Notes under the pieces: generated by a model
What the model was told of the DNA's origin: nothing
The model's database searches: none
What the model saw: only the letters and a program-made list of their open reading frames with translations
Assembly (NCBI GenBank): GCA_049969675.1
Contig: JBMFOP010000001.1
Location: 1-64,000, forward strand
Origin: Myxococcota bacterium
Lineage (GTDB): Bacteria; Myxococcota; SpSt-1050
Direction: 5' to 3'
Length of the DNA: 64,000 nucleotides
Part shown: positions 29,260-39,786 of the stretch, one piece after another
Position numbering within the stretch: position 1 is the first letter of the stretch
Layout: every line of letters begins with the position of its first letter
Translations under genes and position numbers: made by a program

Positions 29260-30960
29260 ATGGAACTCTTAGGCGAGATAATAGTAAGGGAATTCTCTCT
29301 TGAGCCGTCAAAGATTGAAGAGGCTTTACTGGTCCAGAGACAGAAAGGTGGCAGAATAGGAGAGATACTTATTGGTATGAGGGCAATAAATGAGCGACAG
29401 CTTGCAAAGGCACTCTCAATTCAGTCGGGGGTACCTCTTGCAGATACCATTAAGGCTGAGAAGGTGGACATTGAGCTTATCAAAGACCTGCCGATAAATT
29501 ATCTAAAACAACATAGATTGATCCCTGTTGAACTGAATGAAAGGTATGTTCTCATTCTGATAGCAGACCCTTATAATCTGACTCCGATTGATGTGGTAGC
29601 CTCCCTCTTTAAGAGGCCATATAGACTTATACTCGCCCCGTCAGATGAGGTGATATCAGTAATAAATGGGGTATTTGACAGGAAGTCTCAGGAGGCTGAG
29701 GCGGTGATGGATGATATGGCGACAGCCAATTTAGGAGAGCTCGCATCCGAACTGAATGAGCCTCAGGACCTTCTGGACGCCGGTGATGAGGCACCTATTA
29801 TTAGACTTGTAAATTCGCTCTTTGCTCAGGCAATTCGTGAGAGGGCATCTGATATTCACATTGAGCCGTATGAGAAGGAGATTGTTGTAAGGTTTCGCAT
29901 TGATGGTGTTCTGTATGAGATAATTAAGCCAGCCAAGAGATTTCATTCAAGTATCTGCTCACGCATCAAGATTATGGCGGGACTCAATATCGCCGAGAAG
30001 AGACTCCCTCAGGATGGGAGGATAAGATTTAAGATAGCAGGAAAAGATATTGATGTGAGAGTGAGTGTGATTCCGACTGCCCACGGTGAAAGAATTGTAA
30101 TGAGACTTCTGGATAAGAGTGCGGTTATTCTGGATCTGGAGCAACTCGGTATTTTTGATGATAAACTCAAGGTGGTCAGGGAGCTCATCAGGAGGAGTCA
30201 CGGAATTATACTCGTCACCGGTCCTACTGGCTCCGGTAAGACCACAACTCTATATGCTGCACTTTCAGATATAAATTCGCCGGATATCAATATACTCACC
30301 GCAGAGGATCCAATAGAGTATCAGATAAAGGGTATCTCTCAACTGCAGGTAAATCCAAAGATCGGATTGACATTTGCAGGGGCATTGAGGTCATTTTTGA
30401 GGCAGGACCCTGATGTGATTCTCGTAGGGGAGATAAGAGATCTGGAGACAGCAGAGATAGCCATTCAGGCATCACTCACCGGACATCTGGTCCTGTCTAC
30501 ACTTCACACAAATGATGCAGCGACTGCTGTGACCCGATTGGTGGATATGGGTGTTGAACCATTTCTGGTAGCAAGTTCACTCCTTGCAGTAATGGCACAG
30601 AGATTGGTCAGGGTTGTATGTCCTGAATGCAGAGTACCATATATGCCGACTTATGAAGAGATGGCAAAGATTGGGCTCTCTTCTGAGGAGGTAAAGAAGA
30701 AGGGATTTATCTATAAGAGTCAGGGCTGCGTAAAATGTATGAAGACAGGTTATGCAGGTAGAATCGGGATATATGAACTCCTGATAATAGATGATGAGAT
30801 TCGCCATCTGGTTCTCAAGAATACAGATTCAACTCAGATAAAAAAGCTCGCTGTCTTGAAGGGTATGGATACTTTAAGAGATGATGGGGCGAAGAAGGTG
30901 CTTCAGGGAATAACCACCATTGATGAGGTCCTGAGGGTCACTCAGGAGGATGTCTTTTAA
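29260..30960 (+). CDS. gspE: Type II secretion ATPase
   Basis: ASDIHIEP, GPTGSGKTTT, LRQDPDVILVGEIRD, TGHLVLSTLHTN, CPEC/CVKC. Confidence 0.96.
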   Translation: MELLGEIIVREFSLEPSKIEEALLVQRQKGGRIGEILIGMRAINERQLAKALSIQSGVPLADTIKAEKVDIELIKDLPINYLKQHRLIPVELNERYVLILIADPYNLTPIDVVASLFKRPYRLILAPSDEVISVINGVFDRKSQEAEAVMDDMATANLGELASELNEPQDLLDAGDEAPIIRLVNSLFAQAIRERASDIHIEPYEKEIVVRFRIDGVLYEIIKPAKRFHSSICSRIKIMAGLNIAEKRLPQDGRIRFKIAGKDIDVRVSVIPTAHGERIVMRLLDKSAVILDLEQLGIFDDKLKVVRELIRRSHGIILVTGPTGSGKTTTLYAALSDINSPDINILTAEDPIEYQIKGISQLQVNPKIGLTFAGALRSFLRQDPDVILVGEIRDLETAEIAIQASLTGHLVLSTLHTNDAATAVTRLVDMGVEPFLVASSLLAVMAQRLVRVVCPECRVPYMPTYEEMAKIGLSSEEVKKKGFIYKSQGCVKCMKTGYAGRIGIYELLIIDDEIRHLVLKNTDSTQIKKLAVLKGMDTLRDDGAKKVLQGITTIDEVLRVTQEDVF

Positions 30961-30970
30961 GAGGTAGGAT

Positions 30971-32191
30971 ATGCCAGTCTTTGAGGTAAGAGGATTTGAT
31001 TCGCAGGGCAAATCAATAAAAGATGTCTTTGACGCAGATAGTGAAAAGGCATTGAAGCTTCAACTAAAGAGAGATGGCATATTTATTGAGCAGATAGTAG
31101 AGAGAGGGTCAGGGAGGACCAGACGCCAAGAGCTGGATTTCTCAAAGTATTTTGAACATATAAATATTGCTGACCTCTCTGTGGTTACAAGACAGCTTGC
31201 CACTCTGGTTAAGGCTGGTATCCCGCTGGTAGATGCAATAGCGGCGCTTGTTGACCAGACCTCAAATATGAGATTTAAACAGGTTTTATCAGATATTAAG
31301 AATAGACTGAATGAAGGTTCAAATCTGGCTGATGCCCTCTCACACTATCCAAAGATATTCTCTAACCTCTATGTGAATATGGTAAGGGCGGGTGAGACCT
31401 CCGGTATGCTGGAGATTGTTTTAGAGCGAATTGCTGACTATACAGAGAACCAGGCGAGGCTTAAGTCAAAGATTACCGGTGCACTCACATATCCTGTAAT
31501 AATGCTCTTTGTGGCTATTGGAATTATCTCGTTCTTATTTGTTGCAGTGGTCCCAAAGATTACGAGGATATTTGAGGAGATGAGGGCATCTCTGCCGCTC
31601 CCCACAAAGATTCTAATTGCGATCTCATCCTTTGTGCGTGACTACTGGTGGTTGTTATTTTTGATTATCGGAATGACTATTTATTTTACATTAAAGTACA
31701 TCAGAACCCCTGCAGGTAGGGTGAAGTTTGACAGATTGCTCCTTCAGGCGCCAATCATAGGGGAGATTACCAGAATGCTTGCAATGGCGAGATTTTCAAG
31801 GACATTATCCACGCTCTTGAAATCTGGAGTGCCCATACTTCAATCAATGGATATCGTGAAAAATATCCTGAACAATCAGATACTGGTCTCGGCACTTGAG
31901 GAGGCGAGAAATTCAATCAGGGAAGGTGAGAGCATTGCAATCCCTCTAAAGAAGAGTGGTCAGTTTCCACCACTTGTAATTCATATGATTGCAGTAGGAG
32001 AGAAGTCCGGACAGTTAGAGGATATGTTAAATAATGTGGCTGATACTTACGACTATCAGGTGGATGCAAGGTTGAGTGCACTCACCTCATTGCTTGAGCC
32101 TTTTATGATATTGAGTATGGGTGCGGTTATCTTCTTTATGGTTATATCCATATTGCTTCCAATCTTACAGCTTAATGAATTTATTAAATAG
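30971..32191 (+). CDS. gspF: Type II secretion inner membrane platform protein
   Basis: RQLATLVKAGIPL, AGETSG, ALTYP, GEKSGQL, LLEP. Confidence 0.95.
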   Translation: MPVFEVRGFDSQGKSIKDVFDADSEKALKLQLKRDGIFIEQIVERGSGRTRRQELDFSKYFEHINIADLSVVTRQLATLVKAGIPLVDAIAALVDQTSNMRFKQVLSDIKNRLNEGSNLADALSHYPKIFSNLYVNMVRAGETSGMLEIVLERIADYTENQARLKSKITGALTYPVIMLFVAIGIISFLFVAVVPKITRIFEEMRASLPLPTKILIAISSFVRDYWWLLFLIIGMTIYFTLKYIRTPAGRVKFDRLLLQAPIIGEITRMLAMARFSRTLSTLLKSGVPILQSMDIVKNILNNQILVSALEEARNSIREGESIAIPLKKSGQFPPLVIHMIAVGEKSGQLEDMLNNVADTYDYQVDARLSALTSLLEPFMILSMGAVIFFMVISILLPILQLNEFIK

Positions 32192-32202
32192 GAGGATAAA
32201 AG

Positions 32203-32646
32203 ATGTTGAGAGATTTTCAGGAAAGAGAGAGGAGAAGGTCCCTGAATGAGACAGGTATGACACTTCTGGAGATTATGGTGGTAATCACCATAATCGGGAT
32301 CGTGATGAGCATTGTCGGAGTCTCAGTTATGAAGCAGCTTGAAAAGTCCAAGAAAGATGCGGCCTGTCTGCAGATCAGAAATTTTGAGGAGGCACTTGAC
32401 CACTATAAGCTTGAAAAGGGGAATTACCCCTCTACTGAGGAAGGGCTCGCCGCATTGGTTCAGGCTGGTAAGTTGAAAGGGAAGACAGTTCCCAAAGACC
32501 CATGGGGGAGGGACTACATTTATATCTACCCGGGTCAGAATAATCAGGATGGTCCCGACATTGTCTCCTATGGTGCGGATGGGAGAGAGGGAGGGAGTGG
32601 AGATGGTGAGGACCTGAACAACTGGGGTCCTCCGTGTGTAAAATAG
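32203..32646 (+). CDS. gspG: Major pseudopilin
   Basis: G/MTLLEIMVV prepilin site, YPSTEEGLAAL, PKDPWG, SYGADG. Confidence 0.95.
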   Translation: MLRDFQERERRRSLNETGMTLLEIMVVITIIGIVMSIVGVSVMKQLEKSKKDAACLQIRNFEEALDHYKLEKGNYPSTEEGLAALVQAGKLKGKTVPKDPWGRDYIYIYPGQNNQDGPDIVSYGADGREGGSGDGEDLNNWGPPCVK

Positions 32647-32658
32647 ACGGAATATGTA

Positions 32659-33321
32659 ATGAGACATTGTGAATGTGGAATAACGCTTATAGAGTTTGTT
32701 GTGGTAATTGCCATAATGGCATTTGTAATGGGAGTGTCAATTGTGTCACTCAATAATGTAACATCTTCTGATATGCGTTCTGCTGCATCACAGGTCTCGT
32801 CTGCCATCAGATATCTTTATAACTACTCTGCGCTCACCTCCAGATATTGTAGATTTGGGGTAAGGTTGCAGGAGAATACATATAGCGTTGAATGTTCGGA
32901 TACGCCATTTTATCTCAAGAAGACCCGACTTCAGGTAGTGGGCGATGAGGTAAAGAAGGATGAGGAAGGGGATAAAGATAGGGAGAAGAAATCCAATTCA
33001 TTGTTTGAAGAGCAGGGTGATAAGATATTGAAGGAGCAGAAGGCTGAATTTTTAGAACTCAAATCCCGATTTTTGAAATCAAAGACACTCCCCGGAAGTA
33101 TCTACTTTGATTCAATGATGGTGAGTCATCTAAGCGATAGGATATTTAAGGGGAATGAATATATCTATTTCTTCCCCGGCGGACAGACTGAGAATGCCTA
33201 TATCTATCTCTCCGATACAAAGCAGAATATCTATACAATAAGGTTATATGCATTAAGCGGTAAGGTGGAGGTCATTGGTGGCTTTGTTGAACCGGAAGAG
33301 GAGGAAGAGGAGCAGGAATGA
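32659..33321 (+). CDS. gspH: Minor pseudopilin H
   Basis: G/ITLIEFVVV, FFPGG; position after gspG. Confidence 0.8.
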   Translation: MRHCECGITLIEFVVVIAIMAFVMGVSIVSLNNVTSSDMRSAASQVSSAIRYLYNYSALTSRYCRFGVRLQENTYSVECSDTPFYLKKTRLQVVGDEVKKDEEGDKDREKKSNSLFEEQGDKILKEQKAEFLELKSRFLKSKTLPGSIYFDSMMVSHLSDRIFKGNEYIYFFPGGQTENAYIYLSDTKQNIYTIRLYALSGKVEVIGGFVEPEEEEEEQE

Positions 33322-33992
33322 TGACTCAAAAAAGGGAAGAGACTGGTTTTACACTTTTAGAGGTGATGATATCGCTCGCCATCCTCTCTGTCGCCTTAAG
33401 TGCGGTAATAGGTGTAAATATCGGGGCCATGGCAATCACCGGAAAGTCAAAAGGCATAATACTTGCCGCATCTCTTGCCCGTTCAAAGATGTTTGACCTT
33501 GAGGAGGAGCTCCGAATAAAGGGTTTTCCGGACTTTGATGAACAAATGGATGGAGACTTTGATGCCGAAGGTCATTCTGATTATAAATGGGTGGCTCAAA
33601 TAATAAAGATAAAACTCCCACAGTATTCTGCCCCCGAGGATATTGCATCTATGGCACAGCAGAATCGCGATTCAAATTCGCTCGGTATCTCGCCTGCTAC
33701 CATATCTCCAGAGATGTCAGCCGCTATGGCCGGGCTGCCGATGTTTATAAAGCAGATTGAGGATGCCATTAGAGAGGTGAAGGTGACGGTGATATGGCTG
33801 GAGCAGGAGAAGGAGCAGAGCCTGACGGTTACTACTCATTTCGTCAATATACCGGGTATGGAGATGGGAGTTGGGGGAGATATGATTCAACAGATAACAG
33901 GCGGTTCGGGCTCTATCCCTCTGCCATCATCGGGTTCAATGAATCCTTCTGGCTCAACTCCAAAGCTCAATCCGGGAGTTATAACGAGATGA
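33318..33992 (+). CDS. gspI: Minor pseudopilin I
   Basis: G/FTLLEVMISLAIL, REVKVTVIW; position in the operon. Confidence 0.8.
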   Translation: MMTQKREETGFTLLEVMISLAILSVALSAVIGVNIGAMAITGKSKGIILAASLARSKMFDLEEELRIKGFPDFDEQMDGDFDAEGHSDYKWVAQIIKIKLPQYSAPEDIASMAQQNRDSNSLGISPATISPEMSAAMAGLPMFIKQIEDAIREVKVTVIWLEQEKEQSLTVTTHFVNIPGMEMGVGGDMIQQITGGSGSIPLPSSGSMNPSGSTPKLNPGVITR

Positions 33993-34642
33993 ATAAGAGA
34001 GGAATGACATTACTGGAGATTATAGTCTCAGTGAGCATTGTTGCCGTTATGGCATCGCTGGTATACGGGAGTGCAAAAAGACAGATGGAGGCAAGGGAAC
34101 TCGCTACGAGGATTGAGGAGAGATACTCAATGGTGAGGATAGCGCTCAGCCGTATATGTCGCGAGGTCTCAATGGCATTTCTCTCAAATCATATATCACC
34201 GGATAAGAGGACTCAGACAATATTTAAGGGCGTAAATGAGAGCCCTATAAATAGACTGACATTTAGCTCCTTTTCACATCAGCGATTGAGGTCGGATGTG
34301 CACGAATCAGACCAGAATGTAATCACTTATTATGGAAGGCAGGATAAGAAGAATAGTTCACTTCTAAACATAATGAGGTATGAGAAGAAGATTATTGATG
34401 ACAAACCCGAGGAGTATCAGGAAGGGGAGGTTCTGGCGAGTGGTGTGGTAGGTCTTAGATTTAGATACTATGATGAGGAGAAGAGGGAGTGGGTGGATTC
34501 GTGGGATACAATGGGTATTGAGAGGGGAAATAAACTCCCCCGATATGTTGAGGTAACTTTAACCATTCTGGATGAAAATGGTAAGGAGATATCCTTCGTC
34601 TCAAAGGCGAAGATTCAGATACAGAGACCGCTCTCATTCTGA
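33989..34642 (+). CDS. gspJ: Minor pseudopilin J
   Basis: MNKRG/MTLLEII (ATGA overlap with gspI), WVDSWD...LPRYVEVTL. Confidence 0.85.
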   Translation: MNKRGMTLLEIIVSVSIVAVMASLVYGSAKRQMEARELATRIEERYSMVRIALSRICREVSMAFLSNHISPDKRTQTIFKGVNESPINRLTFSSFSHQRLRSDVHESDQNVITYYGRQDKKNSSLLNIMRYEKKIIDDKPEEYQEGEVLASGVVGLRFRYYDEEKREWVDSWDTMGIERGNKLPRYVEVTLTILDENGKEISFVSKAKIQIQRPLSF

Positions 34643-34649
34643 GGTAATT

Positions 34650-35897
34650 ATGCAGAGGCTTATAAAATGCAGAGGTTCAAAAGGAATGGCAATGCTCATG
34701 GTTGTAACCATTATTGCCATTCTTGCCACAATGGCTATGGACTTCTCCTATGAGGCTATGATAAATCTGCAGCTTACCTCTACTTATAGAGACGAGGTGA
34801 AGGCGTACTTCCTTGCACACTCGGCGCTGAATATCTCCCGACTGGTAATATTTTATCAGAAGCAGCTGGATTCTATGTTGAAGAGTAATAACCTTGCACA
34901 GGTGTTAGGTGGTAATATCCAGCTCTTCAGGCTTATCCCTATTGATAGCGAATTTACAAAGTCCTTTGCCAGTGGTGAACTCTTCTCATCGCTGGGCTTT
35001 CAGGAGATTAAGGAGGAGAGACCTACCCCTATGAAGGATGTTGAGAAAGATGAGGGAGAGGGGCGGGCATTTGCAGGGAAATTTGGGGATTTTGAAGGAT
35101 ATTTCAAAGCCAGTATAGAGGATGAAGAGTCAAAGATATCTGTAAGAAACTTTGATGCCACCCCGTCTCTTAGAAATTTTGCTATGACACAACTTATGCT
35201 TTTAATGCTACCGCAGCAGTACAATCCAATCTTTGAAAATAGGGATATGGACAATCAATATACAACCCGTGAGGATATAGTGGTGGCACTCAAGGACTAT
35301 CAGGACATAGATGATAAACAGTTTGACCTCCTCACACAGCAGGACATCGGCCCACCTGAGGATCTATTCTACTCGGCACTTGAAAGGCCATATCAGACAA
35401 AGAATGCGCCATTTGATTCTCTTGAGGAGTTAAGGATGGTAAGAGGTGTGGGAGAGGTCTTCTTTCATAACTTTGCAGATAGGCTTACCATCTATCCCAT
35501 AAAGAAATTCAACCTCGCAAGCCTTGACGACAGGATGATTTTGAACATAATCTGTATGTTTATTAAGGACAGGAATCACCCCATCTGCACAGACCCAACA
35601 TATACATCTCAACAGAACCTCCTCAGGCGGTTTCAGGAATATAAGGAGATGAAGATGAGTCAGAACCCGCTATTTGTGGTATCTGTTCAGGATATAAAGG
35701 AATTCTGTAACCTTGAGGGGATTATCCTCCATGATGCAATACTTGGTGTAGGTAAGATGGAGGAGCTGCTCACAATGGAGAGTTCATATTTCAGGATTGA
35801 GACCATAGGAGTTGTAGGTAGTGTAAAGAAACGAATTACCGCAGTAGTATATGCAGATAAATCCAGATCAGAACTTTTGTATTACAGAGAGGATTGA
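34650..35897 (+). CDS. gspK: Minor pseudopilin K
   Basis: G/MAMLMV, DEESKI, KNAPFDSLEELRMVRGV. Confidence 0.88.
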   Translation: MQRLIKCRGSKGMAMLMVVTIIAILATMAMDFSYEAMINLQLTSTYRDEVKAYFLAHSALNISRLVIFYQKQLDSMLKSNNLAQVLGGNIQLFRLIPIDSEFTKSFASGELFSSLGFQEIKEERPTPMKDVEKDEGEGRAFAGKFGDFEGYFKASIEDEESKISVRNFDATPSLRNFAMTQLMLLMLPQQYNPIFENRDMDNQYTTREDIVVALKDYQDIDDKQFDLLTQQDIGPPEDLFYSALERPYQTKNAPFDSLEELRMVRGVGEVFFHNFADRLTIYPIKKFNLASLDDRMILNIICMFIKDRNHPICTDPTYTSQQNLLRRFQEYKEMKMSQNPLFVVSVQDIKEFCNLEGIILHDAILGVGKMEELLTMESSYFRIETIGVVGSVKKRITAVVYADKSRSELLYYRED

Positions 35898-35899
35898 TT

Positions 35900-37312
35900 A
35901 TGCCAAAGAGATACATTTCGGTGAGATTCGGGAATGAATCTTATTACGCCCTGATAGGGGAGGAGGTAAAGGGTGGTATAAGGATTTTAGAGAAGAGGTC
36001 TATAAAGGTAAATCAGGAGAATCTCTCTGAGAATGGATTTGATAGAGATGCCTTAAAGACACTGTTTCTCAATGCAGATATTTCAGAGCACATCATAGTC
36101 ATCCCTTATTATGATGTATATACAGGGATTGTAGAATTTCCACTTACAGACCGCAAGAAGATTGAGAACGCACTCTCTTATGAACTTGAAAATGAGACGA
36201 TGGAGAGCCCTGAGGATCTTATTTCAGACTACAGAATTATTAACAATGCAGATGGGAAGACGCAGGTAGCATATTTTGCATCCAGAAAAGAGAACATAAG
36301 GAGATTACTTGCTGAGCTCTCAATGATAGGAGTTGACCCAGCCAATCTGGTGGCTTATCAGAATCTCTATTCAGGATTTTACAGATATATATTTGATAAG
36401 AATTCAGATAGGGCAGTAAAGTCAATTCTGGACTTTTCGGATAATATATTGAGTCTATCCTTTCTTGATTCAGATGGATTTGTCTTCGGGAGGGCATTAA
36501 AAGTTGTAGATATAAATGAAGACCTATCTGTTGTAAAGAACTTCATCACCACTACCATTCAATATTACAGGATGCGTGCACATAGAGAAGTTGTAAGTAC
36601 ATATATTGTTGCAAAGGAGGAAGAATTTGAATTCTTCTATAACCTTTTGAGCTCAGAGATAGGACTCAGCACGGTCTCAAAACTGATTGTCAAAGATTCA
36701 GATTCAAACGATATTGAGGCCGAATTTGTGATGCCTTATTCCTCAGTTGTGGCGAGGTCCGAACTCACCAGGAGACAACTCATCAACTTCAGAAAAGACG
36801 AGTTTGTCTATAGAGGAGAGTTTGAGTTCTTAAAGAGACAACTAATAAAATATGGTATTGCCGTGGTGATTATCGTCCTGCTTGCAATTTCACTTACAAT
36901 CTACAAATTAAGGGCGCTCTCAAAGTATGATGAGTTATTAAATAACTCACTATCTGAGGTCACCAAACAGATATTGGGGAAGCCTTATGACAACTTTACA
37001 ACCGCACTCGCCGTCATTAAGAGCAAGACCGAACCGAAGAATCTCTCAATACCTAAGACATCGGCATTTGACTATTTTATGTATTTCTCAGATGCCTTTC
37101 CGACGGAGGTTGATGTAAATATCCGAACACTTGAGATAGGTGATAAGAAGATTCGTATGGAGGGAGAGACTGATTCATTTGAATCAGTGGATAGGGTAGT
37201 AAATGCATTAAAGAAGAATAGTTGCTTTAAGGATATAACAAAAGGGAAGGTCAAGAAATCACCGGATGGGAAGAGGATTGACTTTGACCTTGCAATAACT
37301 CCCTCCTGTTGA
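35900..37312 (+). CDS. gspL: Type II secretion protein L (PilM/PilN-like)
   Basis: Cytoplasmic domain, INFRKDEF before a single TM, C-terminal ferredoxin-like domain; position in the operon. Confidence 0.75.
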   Translation: MPKRYISVRFGNESYYALIGEEVKGGIRILEKRSIKVNQENLSENGFDRDALKTLFLNADISEHIIVIPYYDVYTGIVEFPLTDRKKIENALSYELENETMESPEDLISDYRIINNADGKTQVAYFASRKENIRRLLAELSMIGVDPANLVAYQNLYSGFYRYIFDKNSDRAVKSILDFSDNILSLSFLDSDGFVFGRALKVVDINEDLSVVKNFITTTIQYYRMRAHREVVSTYIVAKEEEFEFFYNLLSSEIGLSTVSKLIVKDSDSNDIEAEFVMPYSSVVARSELTRRQLINFRKDEFVYRGEFEFLKRQLIKYGIAVVIIVLLAISLTIYKLRALSKYDELLNNSLSEVTKQILGKPYDNFTTALAVIKSKTEPKNLSIPKTSAFDYFMYFSDAFPTEVDVNIRTLEIGDKKIRMEGETDSFESVDRVVNALKKNSCFKDITKGKVKKSPDGKRIDFDLAITPSC

Positions 37313-37320
37313 GGTGTAAT

Positions 37321-37893
37321 ATGAATAAGAGAGTGGCACAATTGAGAGATTCACTCAGCATATGGTATAACTCCCTATCAGGCAAGGAGAAGACATTTGT
37401 TGTAATATTCTCATCATCACTCTTTGCTGTGATGGTGGCATTTATAATAATTTTCATATCTTCTACAATAAATAGTCGATATACGGAGATAGAGGAGAAG
37501 GAGAAGAAGTTGAGGGAGATTATAGAAAATAAAGATAAATACAGAGAGGCAGAGCAGGCACAGAAGGTATTTGAACAGAGGCTGAAGGGAAATAATGTGA
37601 ATCTATTCTCTTTTGTTGAGGAGATATCCAGAAGACTTCAGATAGATATATCCGATATGAATGAGAGGGAGAGTCCGGTCCAGAAGGGAGATAAGATAAA
37701 AGAGCAGACGCTGGAATTGAATATCTCAAAGATCCCGATGGACAGGCTTGTGGATTTTATGAAGGAGATTGAGAAGGGGCAGTATCTGGTAAAGATAAAG
37801 AAGCTCAAGATAAATACGAGATATGAGAAGGAGAATAGGACTCTCAATGTAAATATGATTGTAGCCACATATAAGTCAGTAACCAGGGAATGA
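37321..37893 (+). CDS. gspM: Type II secretion protein M
   Basis: WYNSLSGKEK followed by a TM and coiled coil; position in the operon. Confidence 0.8.
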   Translation: MNKRVAQLRDSLSIWYNSLSGKEKTFVVIFSSSLFAVMVAFIIIFISSTINSRYTEIEEKEKKLREIIENKDKYREAEQAQKVFEQRLKGNNVNLFSFVEEISRRLQIDISDMNERESPVQKGDKIKEQTLELNISKIPMDRLVDFMKEIEKGQYLVKIKKLKINTRYEKENRTLNVNMIVATYKSVTRE

Positions 37894-37899
37894 TATATT

Positions 37900-38781
37900 A
37901 TGAAGATAAAGAATATTCTTATTTATGCAGGTTATGTTCTGGCATTCTTTATAAGCCTTTATATTTTTGTCTATCTTACACTTCCAGATGAGAGGATAGC
38001 GAAGTTCTTTGTTGATAGATATACTGCCATTTATGGTGTGAATATAACCTACAGGAGTGCAGGGATTACTCCTTCTATGAATATCCTCTTAAAGGAGGTA
38101 GAACTTATGATAACGGATATCCCGCAGAAGATAAAGCTTGATAGAGTAGAGGCTGGAATCTCCTTATCTGGTTATCTCTTTGGTACAAAGCCACTTATTT
38201 TAAAGGCAGAAATCTCGGGCGGAAGTATCAGGATAAATGCGGGTGCGAAGAAGGAGAAGATATATTTATCGCTCAATGTCTCAGATTTAGATATTATGAA
38301 AGTGGATTTTATAAAAGATAAGACGGGACTTAATATAAAGGGTCAACTGAATCTCCAGCTGGATATTAAATATGATCAGAAAGAATCAAAGAATAACAGT
38401 GGGAGTATATCAATTGAGATAAAGGGTTCAGAGATAAAAGGTGGAAAGGTTATGGGTTTTGAGATCCCATCTGTAAATACAGGAGATATTAAAGGAGAGA
38501 TAGATATAAAAGAGGGGAAATTTAAGGTATCAAACTTTAAATCAAAGGGGAAAGATGTGGAGTTGAGGCTCTCGGGTGAAGGTGGATTCCTATCGCCGCC
38601 ATCCAGAGGGAATCTCAATCTCTCACTAAGGGTCAGGCCATCACAGGGATTTATTGATAGAGAGGAGAAGCTCAAGACGGTCCTCTTCGGGATCGGTAGT
38701 TCACTTGATAAGGAAGGCTTTTACAACTTCTCAATTAAAGGTACCCTCTCAAATCCAGCATTTAATATAGAGAAGAAATGA
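37900..38781 (+). CDS. gspN: Type II secretion protein N (delta-type)
   Basis: N-terminal TM YLTLP, beta-rich body, IKGTLSNP C-terminus; last gene of the operon. Confidence 0.8.
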   Translation: MKIKNILIYAGYVLAFFISLYIFVYLTLPDERIAKFFVDRYTAIYGVNITYRSAGITPSMNILLKEVELMITDIPQKIKLDRVEAGISLSGYLFGTKPLILKAEISGGSIRINAGAKKEKIYLSLNVSDLDIMKVDFIKDKTGLNIKGQLNLQLDIKYDQKESKNNSGSISIEIKGSEIKGGKVMGFEIPSVNTGDIKGEIDIKEGKFKVSNFKSKGKDVELRLSGEGGFLSPPSRGNLNLSLRVRPSQGFIDREEKLKTVLFGIGSSLDKEGFYNFSIKGTLSNPAFNIEKK

Positions 38782-39091
38782 CACAGACCATAATTGATAA
38801 ATAATCACATCTGTCCAAAATAATTTTTTCATTGAAGCCATAAGATATTTAATCTTTAAGAGGGGCTTTATATGAATATGGATTGCAGCAGTTTTTGACA
38901 AATCCTACAGATAGACCCTTTAAGACCCCACCAATTGTGCCTGATGTAGGGAAACCAACATTGAAGGTTACAAAAGTTGGACAGCATTTAGAAGAAATTA
39001 TATTGAAGAAAAGTGGGCAACCCGATCTTTAAAATGTGAATTTATCCATACAAACCCCTTATTTTACAAATAGTTAAATTCTCAAAGGAGA

Positions 39092-39320
39092 TTGTTTTGG
39101 ACAGCAGTGATATTTAACGACTATTTTTCCCAACTTTATAACAAAAGTTATCAACTGCAAATAGAGAGAAACCTTTTGAGTAAATATAGTATTCTGGATG
39201 TGCTAATAAACATAAGTGGGAAGTTTTTAATCCACTTAATAGCGCCTGAAATAGCCAGACAAACGAGGAGATTAATAGAAAAAACAGACCATCATATTAC
39301 TTAAAAATTGGGAAGTTAGG
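39092..39320 (+). mobile_element. Degenerate transposase C-terminal remnant (IS1634/IS4-like)
   Basis: YQLQIERNLLSKYSILDVLINIS...EIARQTRRLIEKTDHHIT* resembles the C-termini of such transposases (from memory); candidate end ...GGAAGTTAGG. Confidence 0.4.
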
Positions 39321-39786
39321 GCTTAAATTTTTCCTCTATTGCTCTGGTCTATAAAGTGTTATACAGGGCTCTCTAGAGGGATTCAGATATAATTTTATAA
39401 GCTTTTAATATGGCATAAGGTAGATTACAACAACCACAGACTTATAAAAGTCTATTATGATAATGATATTGGCAATGATGAAATCGCGGACGATTATATA
39501 GAATCTATCTATAAATCACTGAGAGATGCAAGGTATATGAACAGGTGCTTATAGAAGATGGATATGTGCAAAAGATTTAGATGATTTTTTGTAGATACTG
39601 CCAATGAAATTAACAAACTTTTGGATTTCTTAATCGTAACTTCTTTAAGGCTTACATTAAAATTTGTGCATATGTGTCAAAATGGATATATTAAAATGTC
39701 TGGATAAAAGTGAGTAAATGTCTGTTTTTTTACTTTACTTTATTGTTTTGTTTTTTTATTTATCAGAGAGTTGTAAGGGAGTTTTT

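Noticed and set aside
33794..33988. N-terminal extension of gspJ (likewise gspK 34572, gspC 25648, rplU 61601, ORF 54264)
   Set aside because: These extensions overlap upstream genes or promoters; prepilin sites, homology or SD positions favour later starts
25729..38781. T2SS as a novel system
   Set aside because: Standard gspC-N order; the missing prepilin peptidase is commonly encoded elsewhere
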